A stretch of DNA of 64,000 bases from Leucoraja erinacea. Taxonomy: Eukaryota. The position numbers and the translations under genes are program-made. Location of the stretch: assembly GCF_028641065.1 (NCBI RefSeq), contig NC_073384.1:39246001-39310000 (forward strand), written 5' to 3'. This document shows, piece after piece, positions 1 to 12,782 of the stretch. The first letter of the stretch is position 1; each line of letters opens with the position of its first letter. The notes under the pieces were generated by a model, which worked only from the letters and a program-made list of their open reading frames with translations, had not been told where the DNA came from and ran no database searches.

Positions 1-944
1 AACTTTATTTCAAAAAGCATAAATGCAGCCAGAGGACAGCAGAGATATCCCCTTAGATTCTCACTAGGTTGGTTGCAAAGCTATTGTGTTCAATGTCACA
101 GAGAAAAATATAAAATGATGTGGCGTTAACATTTAAGCTAGTGCCTTTAACTGGCATTTAACTTCACAGTTTAGTTTAGAGATACAGCATGAAAACAGGC
201 TCTTCAGCTCACGGAGTCCATGCCAACCAGCAATCACCTGTTCACACTAGTTCTACTCCACATGCTACAGAGGCCAAATAACCTACAAACATGCATGTCT
301 TTGGGATTTGGAGGAAACCGGAACACCTGGACAAACCCCAAGTGGTCACAGGGAGAACGTGCTAACTCCGTGTAGGCTGCACCCAAGATCAGGATTGAAC
401 CCGGGTCTCTGGCACTGTAAAGCAGCAACTTTATCTCTAATCTGCAATTGGCTCTTCACATTCATATTATCTTCAGGAAGTTGACCCTTGACCTGTATGA
501 CTCTAGATTGCCAGTCCCAAATGCCATAAATCTAGACTTCAGCAGATGACTAATCTCCTGGTTCATCCAGGGCTTCAGGTTGGGCAATATTCAGAATATA
601 TTTGTAGGCGCACAAACACGTCCACACATGTGTTTGTGAAGTCGGTCACAACAGTGACATACATATTTATTCTGGTTCGCTGATGAATCCTTGAACATGG
701 TGGCACTGTGGCATAGACGGTGGTGCTGCTGCCTCACAGCGTCATAGACCTCGGGTCCATCCTGATCTCGAGTGCTGACTGTGTGCAGTTTGCACATTCT
801 CCCCGTGACCGCGTGGGTTTCCTACGGGTGCTCTGGTTTCCTCCCCCATCCTAAAGACGTGGGGGTTTGTAGGTTAATTGGCCTCTATAAATTGCCTTAG
901 GTTTTTAGGGAGTGGATGCGAAAGCGCGATAACATAGAACTGGT

Positions 945-2765
945 GTTCAAAGTTCAAAGTTCAAAGTAACTTTATTGTCAATTCAATTATGCAACAGTAG
1001 TTACACAGAGGATCGAAATTACGTTTCCCCATACTCCAAATGTGCAAGTAATATTAAAAACACAGACAGACAACATACCAATAAAAATAGACAATAGACA
1101 TACATTATTTAAAATATTAAAATATTCACAGTATGCCAAAATGTAGCAAAAACTTTGAGGTATTTTAAAAAGGGTGCAACAATGAAAGGTGCAATATAGA
1201 AAAAGTGCAAATTCCGTACTGGAGACTTTGAGCCAAAGTTATTTTCACAGTTTGTTATCTTTGTTTGGGTACTGTTCATGGAATTTTCTTAAGTGTGTTG
1301 AGTAGTCTGATGGCCTGAGGGAAAAAAGCTGTTTTTGAATCTGGTGGTTTTGCTCCGCATGCTGCGGTAGCGCTTACCGGAAGGTAGGAGGGTGAACATT
1401 TTGTGTGCTGGGTGGGTGGTGTCTTTGATAGTATTGCTTGCTCTCTTGCGACAGCGAGATGGGTATAGGTCCTGGATTGCTGGTTGGGGTGATCTGGTGA
1501 TCTTCTCCGCTGTCCTCACCACTCTCTGTAGGGCCTTCTGGTCAGCAGCAGAGCAACTGCCATACCAGACTGAGAGACTGCTGGTAAGAATGCTCTCAAT
1601 GGCACCCCTGTAAAAAGTCGTGAGGGCAGAAGGGGGGAGGTCAGCTCTCCTCATCCGTCGAAGGAAGTGGAGGCGTTGCTGTGCCTTCTTGACTAGGGAG
1701 ATGGTGTTGATGGACCATGTCTGATCATCTGTGATGTGCACTCCCAGGAACTTGGTGCTTTTCACAGACTCCACTGCACTGCCATTGATGGTAAGTGGGG
1801 TGTGTGTTGTCTGTTTCTTCCTGAAGTCCACAGTTATTTCTTTTGTTTTGTTGACATTGAGTTGAAGGTTATTGATATCACACCAGTTGATGAGTTGTTG
1901 AACCTCCTCTCTGTAGGCTGAATCGTCATCGTGGCTGATGAGGCCCACCACTGTAGTGTCATCTGCGAACTTGATGATGTGGTTCGAATTGTGTTTGGCA
2001 CTACAGTCATGAGTCATCAGCGTGAACAACAGAGGGCTCAGCACACATCCCTGTGGGACCCCGGTGTTCATGATGGTGGTCTCTGATGAGTTTTTGCCAA
2101 CTCTTACTGTCTGTGGTCTGTCAGTGAGGAAGTCCAGTAACCAGTTGCATAGTGGGGTGCTGATGCCTATTTCGCCGAGTTTATTCACCAGATGTTGGGG
2201 GATGACTGTATTGAAGGCGGAGCTGAAGTCGATAAACAGCATCCGCACGTAACTGTTTTTGGTTTCCAGATGAGCCAGGCTTAGGTGGAGTGCTGTTGCT
2301 ATGGCATCATCAGTGGAACGGTTGGGACGGTAAGCAAACTGGTATGGGTCAAGTGTAGAGGGGAGACTGGATGTTATATGGGCCTTAACCAACCTTTCAA
2401 AGCACTTCATCATGATGGACGTGAGTGCTATGGGCCGGTAGTCGTTCAGTGTTGAGGCTGGGGATTTCTTGGGTAGCAGTATGATGGTGGTGGCTTTGAA
2501 GCATGCTGGTATGATGGCTTGGCTCAGAGAGGTGTTGTAAATGTCCGTGAGAACCTCTGTGAGTTGGTCAGCACAGTCTCTGAGCACACGCCCCGGTATG
2601 TTGTCAGGACCTGCAGCTTTTCTGGGGTTCACCTTGAGTAAGGTCCTCCGCACATCAGCTGGGTCCAGGTGAAGTGTTTCATGGTCTTGGCAGGGAGGGT
2701 GTGAATGGGTGATTGATGATTGTCGTGGACCCGGTGGACTGAGGGCCTGTTTCATGCTGTACCTC
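945..2765 (-). mobile_element. 5'-truncated Rex1/Babar-type non-LTR retrotransposon (RT ORF 1289-2770)
   Basis: [48 protein letters not shown]; 3' tail of (CTTTGAA)n repeats at about 945-967. Confidence 0.9.
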
Positions 2766-4849
2766 GGCACATAACTATCCTAATACATGATGGGCACTTG
2801 ATCGGCAGATGTTCCGGGTCGGGGAAGAAGGCCGCTATCTCCAGCACTATGATTAGTTTATCCCGATGTGCTCACCTCTTTCTTCCTTTACCTGATGTCA
2901 CCATCCAATCCATGTGGTGGATGGGAAGCCCTCAGGCTGCACTGCTGTGTCTGGAGATTTGGGAATGAGCAATATCTCTGTGAAACAGAGCACACAGGAG
3001 CCCCTCTTGTCCCTCTTATGCAACAGTCTTGATCTTTAATCTTCTGTCTTGTTCTCCAGCAAAGATACAGTACATTGGCCAGAAGGATGCAAGGGAGGAG
3101 GCTGAGAGGTCGGCACAATGGCGCAGTAGGTTTTCACCAGGTGCTTCGGCTTTCGTGACCGCGTAGGTTTTCACCAGGTGCTTCGGCTTTCTCCCGCACT
3201 GCAAAGTCGTACAGATTTGTAGGATAATTGGCTTAGTTAAAATTGTAAATTGTCCCTAGTGTGTAGGATAGTGCCGGTGTATGTGGTGATCACTGGTCTG
3301 CGCGGACTCAGTGGGCCGAAGGGTCTGTTTCCGCACTGTATCTCTGAAGTCTATATGTCCCATGCCCTGATGGCCAGTCCTACCTGAAGACCTCCCCATC
3401 AACCATATTTTCTAGCATATTGAGTTTTAGTTTTCGAGATACTGAGCGGAAACAGGCCCTTCGGCCCACCGTGTCCGCACTTACCAGCAATCCCCGTACA
3501 CTAGCACTATCATACACACTAGAGACAATTTACAATTTTTAGCAAAACCAACTAACCTACACTCCATGTTTTTGGAGTGTTGGAGGAAACCGGAGCACCC
3601 AGAGAAAACCCACGGCAGTCACGGGGACAATGTACAAACTCCGTAGACAGCACCCGTAGTCAAGATGACACCCTGGTCTCTGGCGCTGTAAGGCAGCAAC
3701 TCTACCGCTGCGCCATTATGAAACCCCGATCTCCAGATTACAACCAAACTCCCACACACTGTGGTAATAGAAGACCTTTGGTCCACTGAAAGATCGATTC
3801 TGCAGCCTCGTCTGCTCTGGACTGGAACAATCTCAGTGTTTGTGATAATGCTCTCCAAGCTGCATAAATACACCATCATGTGCAAAGGCCCTTGCATCCT
3901 GTGGCCCGGTGAAAAATCAAATCACTCAACCCCCTGCACTCCTCTATTTCTTCATCCATTTCCTGCCTCCTCTTCAATGCATTGTTGACCACAATGAAGA
4001 TAGGAAGAATTTTGATTGGATTTCAATAGGTGCGAAAAGTAAGATTCAAGAAGTTCCAATTATCCTTGGATTATAATTGGATAACGTCCTGAGTTCTCAG
4101 CCATCACAAAACAATGTCAACCAAATAGTTCCTGTGCTATCAAGAAACAGCTACGATAGCATTGGTAATCATAAGGCTTAGAGATCTTGATAACTCATGT
4201 CTGTAGAACTAATTGTTCTCTCAAACTTGATGCACTTAAGCATTTTCAGTAGAGCCACAAAAAAAGTCAGATGCCTGGTAATTTAGAAATGACTAAATAT
4301 ATCTGCATACCAAAAGCTGGAACAAAATCAATCATTCTAATTCGATACGGAACAAATGCAGGCAAATGGAATTCACTTGTATGGGGTATCTTGGTTGACA
4401 AGGATGAGTTGGGCTGAAGGGCCTGTTTCTGTGCCGAATGACTCAATGACTCAACTTAATGCTCCATTTGTCCATTTTCAATCAACGGTAAAGATATAAG
4501 GGCAGCACAGTTAGATCCACTGCCTCACACCACCAGAGTTCTGGGTTTGATCCTGACCTCAGGTGCAGTCTTTATGGAGTTTGTACCTTCTCCCTGTGAC
4601 TATGTGGGTTTCCTCCGAGTGCTCCTGTTTCCTCCCACATCCCAACAACATGCAGGTCTGTAGGTTAATTGGCCTCTGTAATTACCCCTAGTGTGTAGGG
4701 AGTAAATAAGAAAGTGGGATAACATGGACCTAGTGTGATTGGGTGATCAATGGTTGCCGTGGACTCTGTGGGCCGAAGGTCCAGTTTTCATGCTGTGTCG
4801 TTCAATCTGTCAATTATGTACTGTGTTATTATTGGCAATTATGCAGCAA

Positions 4850-7800
4850 GCATATAAGAAAACAATGTTACGTTGGCTTTCATAGCAAGTGGATTTGAGT
4901 ACAGAATCAAGTAGGTCTTGCTATAATTTTACATGAGATTTTGATGAGAAAACATTTGGAGCATTACAAACAGTTTTGATCTCTTTAGCAGAGAAAAAAC
5001 ATACTTGCTATAGAGGCAATGAATCAGATTGTTTGTTAGGACGATGGGCATAAGATAAGATTGACTAGGTTTGCATCATTAGAGCTGAGAACAATGAGAG
5101 AGGAACTGGTTGAACTTTACAGAATTCTGATACAATTCAATATGGAGAAGATGTCTTTCTTAGATGCAATATCTACAGAGAACATAGAACAGCACAGCAC
5201 AAGAACAGGCCCGTTGGTCCACAATGTCCATGCTGAATATGATGCCACGATAAAGTAATCTCCTCTGCCTGCACGTCCCATATCTCTGCATTCCCTGTAG
5301 AAAATGGTCCCTATCTGAAACCCTCTTAAACACCATTATTGTATCTGCCTCCAACATGACCCTGGAAGTGTGTTCCATGCACCCACCACCTTGTGTAAAA
5401 AGTTACCAAACACATCTTTAAATTTTGCTCCTCTCACCTTAAAGCTATGCCCTCTGGTCTTTGACATTTCCACCCTGGGAGACAGGCTCTGACTTTTTAC
5501 CCTATCTACACCTCTCATAAATACTGTACTTTTTTTTATCAGGTCTCCCCACAGACTCCGATGTTCCAGAGCAAATAATGCAATATGTGTAGAGCAAGGT
5601 AAGAAATGTAATATTAAGAGCTGGAGAAATGTCTTCTCTGAAGAGAGTAGACAACCTGTGGAACTCATTATCACAGAAAGCTGTGGAGGCTCTCATCAGA
5701 ATATTGCCTGGGTTAGAGGGTTTCAACTAGAGGGAGAGATTGGATAGAATTGGATATTTTTCTCTGGAACGTCAGAGGTTGAGGAGAGGCTTGATAGAAA
5801 GTGTATAAAATTCTGAGAGTCAGAGATAGGGTAGACAGTCAAAACTTTTTTCCCAGGATGGAAATGTCCAACATTAGAGGGCATTGATATGTTGAGAGAG
5901 GGAGCGTTGGATGGTGATGTGCAGTGGAGATTTTATAGAGAGAGTGGTGGGGGCCTGGACCCATTGCCAAGAGTGTTGGTGGAAGCAGGTAGGATTGCGG
6001 TATTTAAGGTAGGAATTTAGATAAGCACGTAGAAATGCAGGGAATAGAGGGATATGGATCATATACAGGCAGATGAGATCAGTTGAACGTGCTCGGAAGG
6101 AACATTGTGGGCCAAAGGGTCTCACCCTCTATCAAAATGCATGAGGAGAGAGTATGAATATGGCTTAGAGATGAATGTCCAGCCCTCATTGTGCTGATCC
6201 ATTGCCACCAGAGGGAGAATACGTCCATAATATTTCAGCCAAAGAAAGGTTTGAATGGATTTACTGTGGAAAATGTGATGAAACATTGTTGAAATAATTA
6301 CCATGATAATGTTTAGCAAAAATCCTTTGTGAAAGGTTTTATGATATCATAAGGATGTGAAAATGATATGATTTAAAATGTTTATGTCCTCTTTTACAGA
6401 TTTCAGAAAGAAATAGTAGCACATCATGTTGAAAGGTGCACTCACATTCACAATGTAATATGCAACATTGTAACTGAAGATATGAAATAACACCTCAACT
6501 TATGCAATTATCTTTGCAACAATGTACATAATTTATCAACCATTTGCACAGTTATGTCAGGTTTTGAATATTATCTATTGTGATGTGGGCTTCTGTTTGT
6601 TCTTGGCAATCATCCAAAATGTATCAGAAAGCAATGTGCTTAACATTGAGACACAATTGACATTGACTGGAGGGCATAGCTTTAGGATCAGAGAGGGAAA
6701 GTTTAAAGAACAAGTTTAAAAAACACATGACATGAAGGGAATGAAGGGATATGGAACACATACAGGCAAAGGAGGTTAGTCTAGCATTGTGGGCCAAAAG
6801 GCCCGTTCTTGTGCTCTATTGTTCTATGTTTAACAGCTAAAATAAAATTCATGTGCATATCCATGAGAATATCTAAAAGCCTCTTCAACACCACTATCTT
6901 ACATGCTTCCATAGCACCCCCTGGCAGCATGTTCCAGGCACCCACCACTCTCTACATAAGAAACATGCCCCAAATATATTATTTAAACTTTTCCCCTCTA
7001 ACCTTAAAATTATGGTCCCTAGTCAATGTTACTATCTCAAAGTTAAGCCACATTTTGTTTCTTTGCTAAAGAATGCCAAGAACAAACTGTAGTCCCATTA
7101 TCAAAATTTCTATCCCCATTTCTTTCCTTAACCACGCAGTACAAATGTTGAAAATACCTTAAGGCATGGTCAACTTATTTTGAATCTAATTCAAACCTCC
7201 TTTGGCAGTCATAGATGAACTACACTTTCTGCCATTAAACGTTAGGATTTTTTTTCGCAATACTCGATAATTGTCTTAGGCTGAGCCAGGTTACGCCAAA
7301 AACAATTGTATTTTTTTTAACCCCAAAATGATTATACAACCTTGTATTATCTGTATACCTATATATATTGTCTCTGTTTATTCCTCTCTCCCTCAAATAA
7401 TCATTTCACAGCTCACTGAAGGTGGCAGCACAAGATAAGATGGTAAAGAAGGTGTATGGTATGATATATTCAATGCCCCTGGCAATGAAGGCAAAGAGTC
7501 AGGAAGTCATGATGCAGGTCTATAGCACTTTGTTTTGGCTGTATTTGGAATATTGCATGCAGTTCTGGTCGCCCCATTATGGAAAGATGTGGAGGTGTTG
7601 GAGAGGGTGCGGAGGAGGTTTACCAGAATGCTGCAGGTATTGAAGGCTTCATCTACAGGGACAGGTTGGATAAACCTGGATTGTTTTTTCTATGACATCG
7701 GATGTTGAGATGAGACTTAATAGAAGTGTATAACATTATGAGAAGCATAGATAGGGAAGACAGCCAGAACCTTTTTTCCCAGGGTAGAAATATCCAACAC

Positions 7801-8700
7801 CAGAGGGCATAATTACAAGGTGAGAGGGGGGAAGTTTAATGGAGATGTGTGGGGAAAGTTATTTCAAACAGATGGTGGTGGGGGCCTAGAATGCATGCGT
7901 GGTGGTGAAGGCAGTTCCGATGGTGATATTTAATAAGATAGACACATGGAAGTGCAGGGAATAGAGGGATATGTATTATGTACAGGCAGATTAGATCGGT
8001 TTAGCCAGGCATCATGTTTGGCGCAGACATTGTGGTCCAAAGTGACCTTTCTTGTGCTGTGTTGTTCTATGTTCTATGTACTACTGCTGAAACCTCAGTA
8101 TCAAATGCAGATTCTAATCGAGTGCTCTGCTGGCTAGCCTGAGAGGTCAGGATCAAACCTGGGTCGCTGGCGCTGTGAGGCAGCAGCACCACTATGCCTC
8201 CACTATTTCTGGAATAAATGATTTCAATCCAAAATGATTTATTTAGATTTTATAACCTGCAGGTTTTCAATCACATAAAAGAAAGATAGTAATTTTCAAT
8301 AAATTCCTATGCTGAATATTATAAAGTCAAGATCTAATAAATGAGTACAAAATTATGAAGGGAATAGATAGTCTTTTGCCCAGAGTAGTAAAATCAAGAA
8401 CGAGAGAACATAGGTTTAAGGTGAGGGGGGAAAGATTTAATGGGAACCTGAGGGGTAACCTTTTTACACAAAGGATAGTGGGTATATGGAACGAGCTGCC
8501 GGAGGAGATTGTTGAGGCAGGTACTATCACAACGTTTAAGAAACATTTAGACTGGTACATGGATAAGGTAGGTTTTGAGGGCTAAGGGCCAAAAGCAGAT
8601 AGGTGGGACTAGTTCATATAGGCCATATTGGTTGGCATGGGCAAGATGGGCTGAAGGGCCTGTTTCTAAGCTGTATGACTATGACTCGAAGAAATGCAAG
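4850..8700. mobile_element. Cluster of old CR1 3' fragments, both strands
   Basis: TRGHSFKVRG, LEYCMQFWSPHY, SRTREHRFKVRG motifs and GGGCCGAAGGGCCTG tails. Confidence 0.75.
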
Positions 8701-9717
8701 AACATAGAACAGTGCAGCACAGGAGGGGCCCTTTGGCCCACAATGTTTGTGCTGAACATGGCAAGTTAAACTGATCTCCTCTGCCTGAACATAATCCATA
8801 TCCCTCCATTCATTGTGTAAGAAAGAACTGCAGATGATGGTTTAAATCGAAAGTAGGCACAAAATGCTGGAGAAACTCAGCAGGACAGACAGCATCTCTG
8901 GAGAAAAGGGATGGGTGACGTTTTGGGTCGAGACAATTCTACAGACTTCTTGTCTCCCTCCATTCTTTGGTGGAAGTAGAGAAGCATTCCTTAAAGGAGC
9001 AATGGTGTAAAAAGGAAACAATTTACTCAGTTATTTTGTTTGGAAAAATGACGTTGGGTACAAAAATTCAGTGATGCATTTCACATTGTTACATTGTGGC
9101 AAACTGTCAATCGTTCCTTCACAGCAAAAATGTCCCTTCAATTCTTGATATTTTGACAAAAAACAATGTCTCATTTTTTTCTGCTGAATCTGTGTGGAAC
9201 AAAAGTACAATTTCCCAGTATTTTCAACATTGATGTAAGGTTTTTGAGGTGGTACAACAGGGATGAAAAAAAAGATAATGAAGGATGATGCTTCAGGGCA
9301 ATGTTTTTTTTGTTGGAATAATTACACTACCACTGTAACAGTCTGCACTGAATTGCTTTATAAAATATACTGATGGCATATTAAAATGTCAGACTAGTCT
9401 TCTCTGAAGCATTATTTTGCATGAATTAGATGAGAGCAATTTTCAGTGCCTTGTACGGTTTGAAAATTTTATGTAATAGAGCGGGGCTTTGAAATTCTGT
9501 CAACATAATTTAATCTAGCAGTATTTTTTGTTTGCAGGATTTTAAGAGTCCAGTAAGGGGTAATATAAAACAGTATGGCACAAGTACAGGCTCTTCGGAC
9601 AACAATGCCTGTGCCAAACATGATGCCATGACCAATTCTTATCAACAACATCCATATCTCTGCATTCTCTGCATATCCATATGCCTGTTCAAGAGTCTCT
9701 TAAATTCCACTATCATA

Positions 9718-11326
9718 CAGTGGCTTGCAAAAGTATTAATTCCTTGAACTTTTCCACATTTTGTCACGTTACAACCACAAACGTAGATGTATTTTATTGG
9801 GATTTTATGTGATAGACCAACAAAAAATGTGGCGCATAATTGTGAAGTGGAAGGAAAATGATACATGGTTTTCAAATTTTTTTACAAATAAAATACTGAA
9901 AAGTGTGGCGTGCAAAAGTATTCAGCCCCCTTTACTCTGATACCCCTAAATAAAATCCAGTGCAACCAATTACCTTCAGAAGTCACTTAATTAGTAAATA
10001 GAGTCCACTTGTGTGTAATCTAATCTCAGTATAAATACAGCTGTTCTGTGAAGGCCTCTGAGGTTTGTTAGAGAACATTAGTGAACAAACAGCATCATGA
10101 AGCCCAAGGAACACACCAGACAGGTCAGAGATAAAGTTATGGAGAAGTTTAAAGCAGGGTTAGGTTATAAAAAAATATCCCAAGCTTTGAACATCTCACG
10201 GAGCACTGTTCAATCCATCATCCGAAAATGGAAAGAGTATGGCACAACTGCAAACCTACATGGCCGTCCACCTAAACCGACAGGCCAGGTAAGTAGAGCA
10301 TTAATCAGAGAAGCAGCCAAGAGGCCCATGGTGACTCTGGAGGAGCTGCAGAGATCCACAGCTCAGGTGGGAGAATCTGTCCACAGGACAACTATTAGTC
10401 GTGCATTCCACAAATCGGGCCTTTATGGAAGAGTGGCAAGAAGAAAGCCATTGTTGAAAAAAAGCCCTAAGAAGTCCCATTTGCAGTTTGCCACAAGCCA
10501 TGTGGGGGACATAGCAAACATGTGGAGGAAGGTGCTCTGGTCAGATGAGACCAAAATTGAAGTTTTTGGCCTAAATGCAAAACGCTATGTGTGGCGGAAA
10601 ACTAACACTGCACATCACCCTGAACACACCATCCCCACTGTGAAACATGGTGGTGGCAGCATCATGCTGTGGGGAAGCTTTTCTTCAGCAGGGACAGGGA
10701 AGCTGGTCAGAGTTGATGGGAAGATGGATGGAGCCAAATACAGGGCAATCTTGGAAGAAAACTTGTTAGAGGCTGCAAAAGACTTGAGACTGGGGCGGAG
10801 GTTCACCTTCCAGCAGGACAACGACCCTAAACATACAGCCAGAGCTACAATGGAATGGTTTAGATCAAAGCATATTCATGTGTTAGAATGGCCCAGTCAA
10901 AGTCCAGATCTAAATCCAATTGAGAATCTCTGGCAAGACTTGAAAATTGCTGTTCACAGACGCTCTCCATCCAATCTGACTGAGCTTGAGCTATTTTGCA
11001 AAGAAGAATGGGCAAAAATTTCAGTCTCTAAATGTGCAAAGCTGGTAGAGACATACCCCAAAAGACTTGCAGCTGTAATTGCAGCGAAAGGTGGTTCTAC
11101 AAAGTATTGACTCACGGGGGCTGAATACTTTTGCACGCCACACTTTTCAGTTTTTTATTTGTAAAAAAAATTGAAAACCATGTCATTTTCCTTCCACTTC
11201 ACAATTATGCACCACTTTGTGTTGGTCTATCACATAAAATCCCAATAAAATACATTTATGTTTGTGGTTGTAACGTGACAAAATGTGGAAAAGTTCAAGT
11301 GGTATGAATACTTTTGCAAGCCTCTG
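9718..11326 (+). mobile_element. Full-length Tc1/mariner DNA transposon (IR/DR type)
   Basis: TA TSD (9716-9717, 11327-11328); ends CAGTGGCTTGCAAAAGTATT...AATACTTTTGCAAGCCTCTG; about 210-bp TIRs with an inner direct repeat GTGGCGTGCAAAAGTATTCAGCCCC; 1609 bp. Confidence 0.97.
10097..11110 (+). CDS. Tc1-like DD34E transposase, uninterrupted 337-aa ORF
   Basis: Paired-like HTH, GRPPK, WSDETK, QQDNDPKH, SPDLNPIE; 34 residues between the second D and the E. Confidence 0.96.
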   Translation: MKPKEHTRQVRDKVMEKFKAGLGYKKISQALNISRSTVQSIIRKWKEYGTTANLHGRPPKPTGQVSRALIREAAKRPMVTLEELQRSTAQVGESVHRTTISRAFHKSGLYGRVARRKPLLKKSPKKSHLQFATSHVGDIANMWRKVLWSDETKIEVFGLNAKRYVWRKTNTAHHPEHTIPTVKHGGGSIMLWGSFSSAGTGKLVRVDGKMDGAKYRAILEENLLEAAKDLRLGRRFTFQQDNDPKHTARATMEWFRSKHIHVLEWPSQSPDLNPIENLWQDLKIAVHRRSPSNLTELELFCKEEWAKISVSKCAKLVETYPKRLAAVIAAKGGSTKY

Positions 11327-12524
11327 TATCTGCCTCCACCTCCTGCAGCACATTCCAGGAACTCACCACCCTCTGTGCAAAAAAAGTTGCCTGGCACATC
11401 TCCTATAGTATTTGATTTTTTTTGATCCAAGGAAAAAGGTTCTGACTGTCTAGCTATTAAACTGCCTCAAATATCCCCTCTGGCAGAATAATCAGCCTTT
11501 GTTTATCCAAATTGATATATCTTATCCCTCAGGATACTCCTCAGTAACTTGCGTACCACAGATGATAGGCTCACTGGTCTAGAATTCCTAGGCTTTTCCT
11601 TGCAGCCCTTAAATAAAGACACAATATTAGCCAACCTCCAGTCCTCTGGTACCTCACCCGTGTTTAATGATGATTCATATATCTCAGCCTGCAATTTCTT
11701 CTCTAGCTTCCCACATGGACACACTAAATGTTAATGCCCATTATCCAGTTTTGCTTTAATGTCCTGAGCAATGGAAAACCTTTCAAAGTTGACTGATTTT
11801 TTTACTCCAGCATAGCTTTAAATCTCTGATTGCTTTGAGCTTAATTTGGCTTTATTAAATTTCAATGAAGGAAGGACAAGATGTACAATCTTTATCGAGC
11901 TCAGAATGTCCTACATGCTTTACACCCAATGTAATATTTTTGAAATGTTTTGTAATGCTTCCCACAGATAGCAGTATGATAAATGATTAGATATTGAGTT
12001 TCAGGAAGGGAGCTGATGGAGGATTTTGATCCAAAAGACCAACTACTCCCAACTATTCCTTTCGACCATTCTCCGTGGGAGGAAAACGGGGCACCCAGGG
12101 ATAACCCATGTGGTCACAGGGAGAATATACAAACACCATACAGACAGCAGCCATAGTCAGGATTGAACCCAGGTCTCTGGTGCTATAAGATCACTACTTT
12201 ACTGTTGTGCCACCGTGTTGCCCATGTTCCCTCAGTACATTGTTTGTTGAATTTCACAAATGCTGATTGAGAGCTACGTATTATCCAGGTTTCTTTGCAC
12301 TGTCCCAATGGCTTGTGTGAAAGACATGGGCTCAATTTATCATCTAATCTGTAGGACGAACCCTTGGCAATGCAGCACTCAGTCAGTACTATCAACTCCG
12401 GCAAGATTTCAACTCACAATTTTGAACTCAGGGGTTAAGAGTCACAGACTCTCACAGCCAGGAAGCAGGTCCTTATCTTGGTACAGATAATCTCTAACTC
12501 CTTATTTGTCCATTAAAGGCAGCC

Positions 12525-12565
12525 TGGGATGACGTAACTAAAGAAAAAGGTTTTTAAAAGCTCTG
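12525..12565 (+). promoter_or_regulatory. Putative qpct proximal promoter (CRE/ATF-like site plus TATA-like element)
   Basis: TGACGTAA at 12530-12537 followed by TTTTTAAAAG at about 12550, roughly 110-135 bp upstream of the ATG. Confidence 0.35.
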
Positions 12566-12665
12566 TGAGTTCTGACTAGAATTGGAAGTTAGCAATTTTG
12601 TTTGTCTAATGTGAGAACGGGAGCAAAGAGCAACCAAACTTTGTTTGGTTGCTGTACAGCTGGAG

Positions 12666-12782
12666 ATGGCTAGTCGCAAGAGCTTGATTTATTTTTTTCT
12701 TGTGGGTTTGTTACAATTGACAATGATATCTGGTCAAACTCTTAAACAGGAAGAATACAAGGCATCCTGGACAGAAGAAAAG
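12666..12782 (+). CDS. qpct: Glutaminyl-peptide cyclotransferase-like, coding exon 1 (signal peptide)
   Basis: ATG at 12666; MASRKSLIYFFLVGLLQLTMISGQTLKQEEYKASWTEEK, with a hydrophobic signal peptide and a WxEEK end like human QPCT WPEEK; GT donor at 12783, phase 0. Confidence 0.88.
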
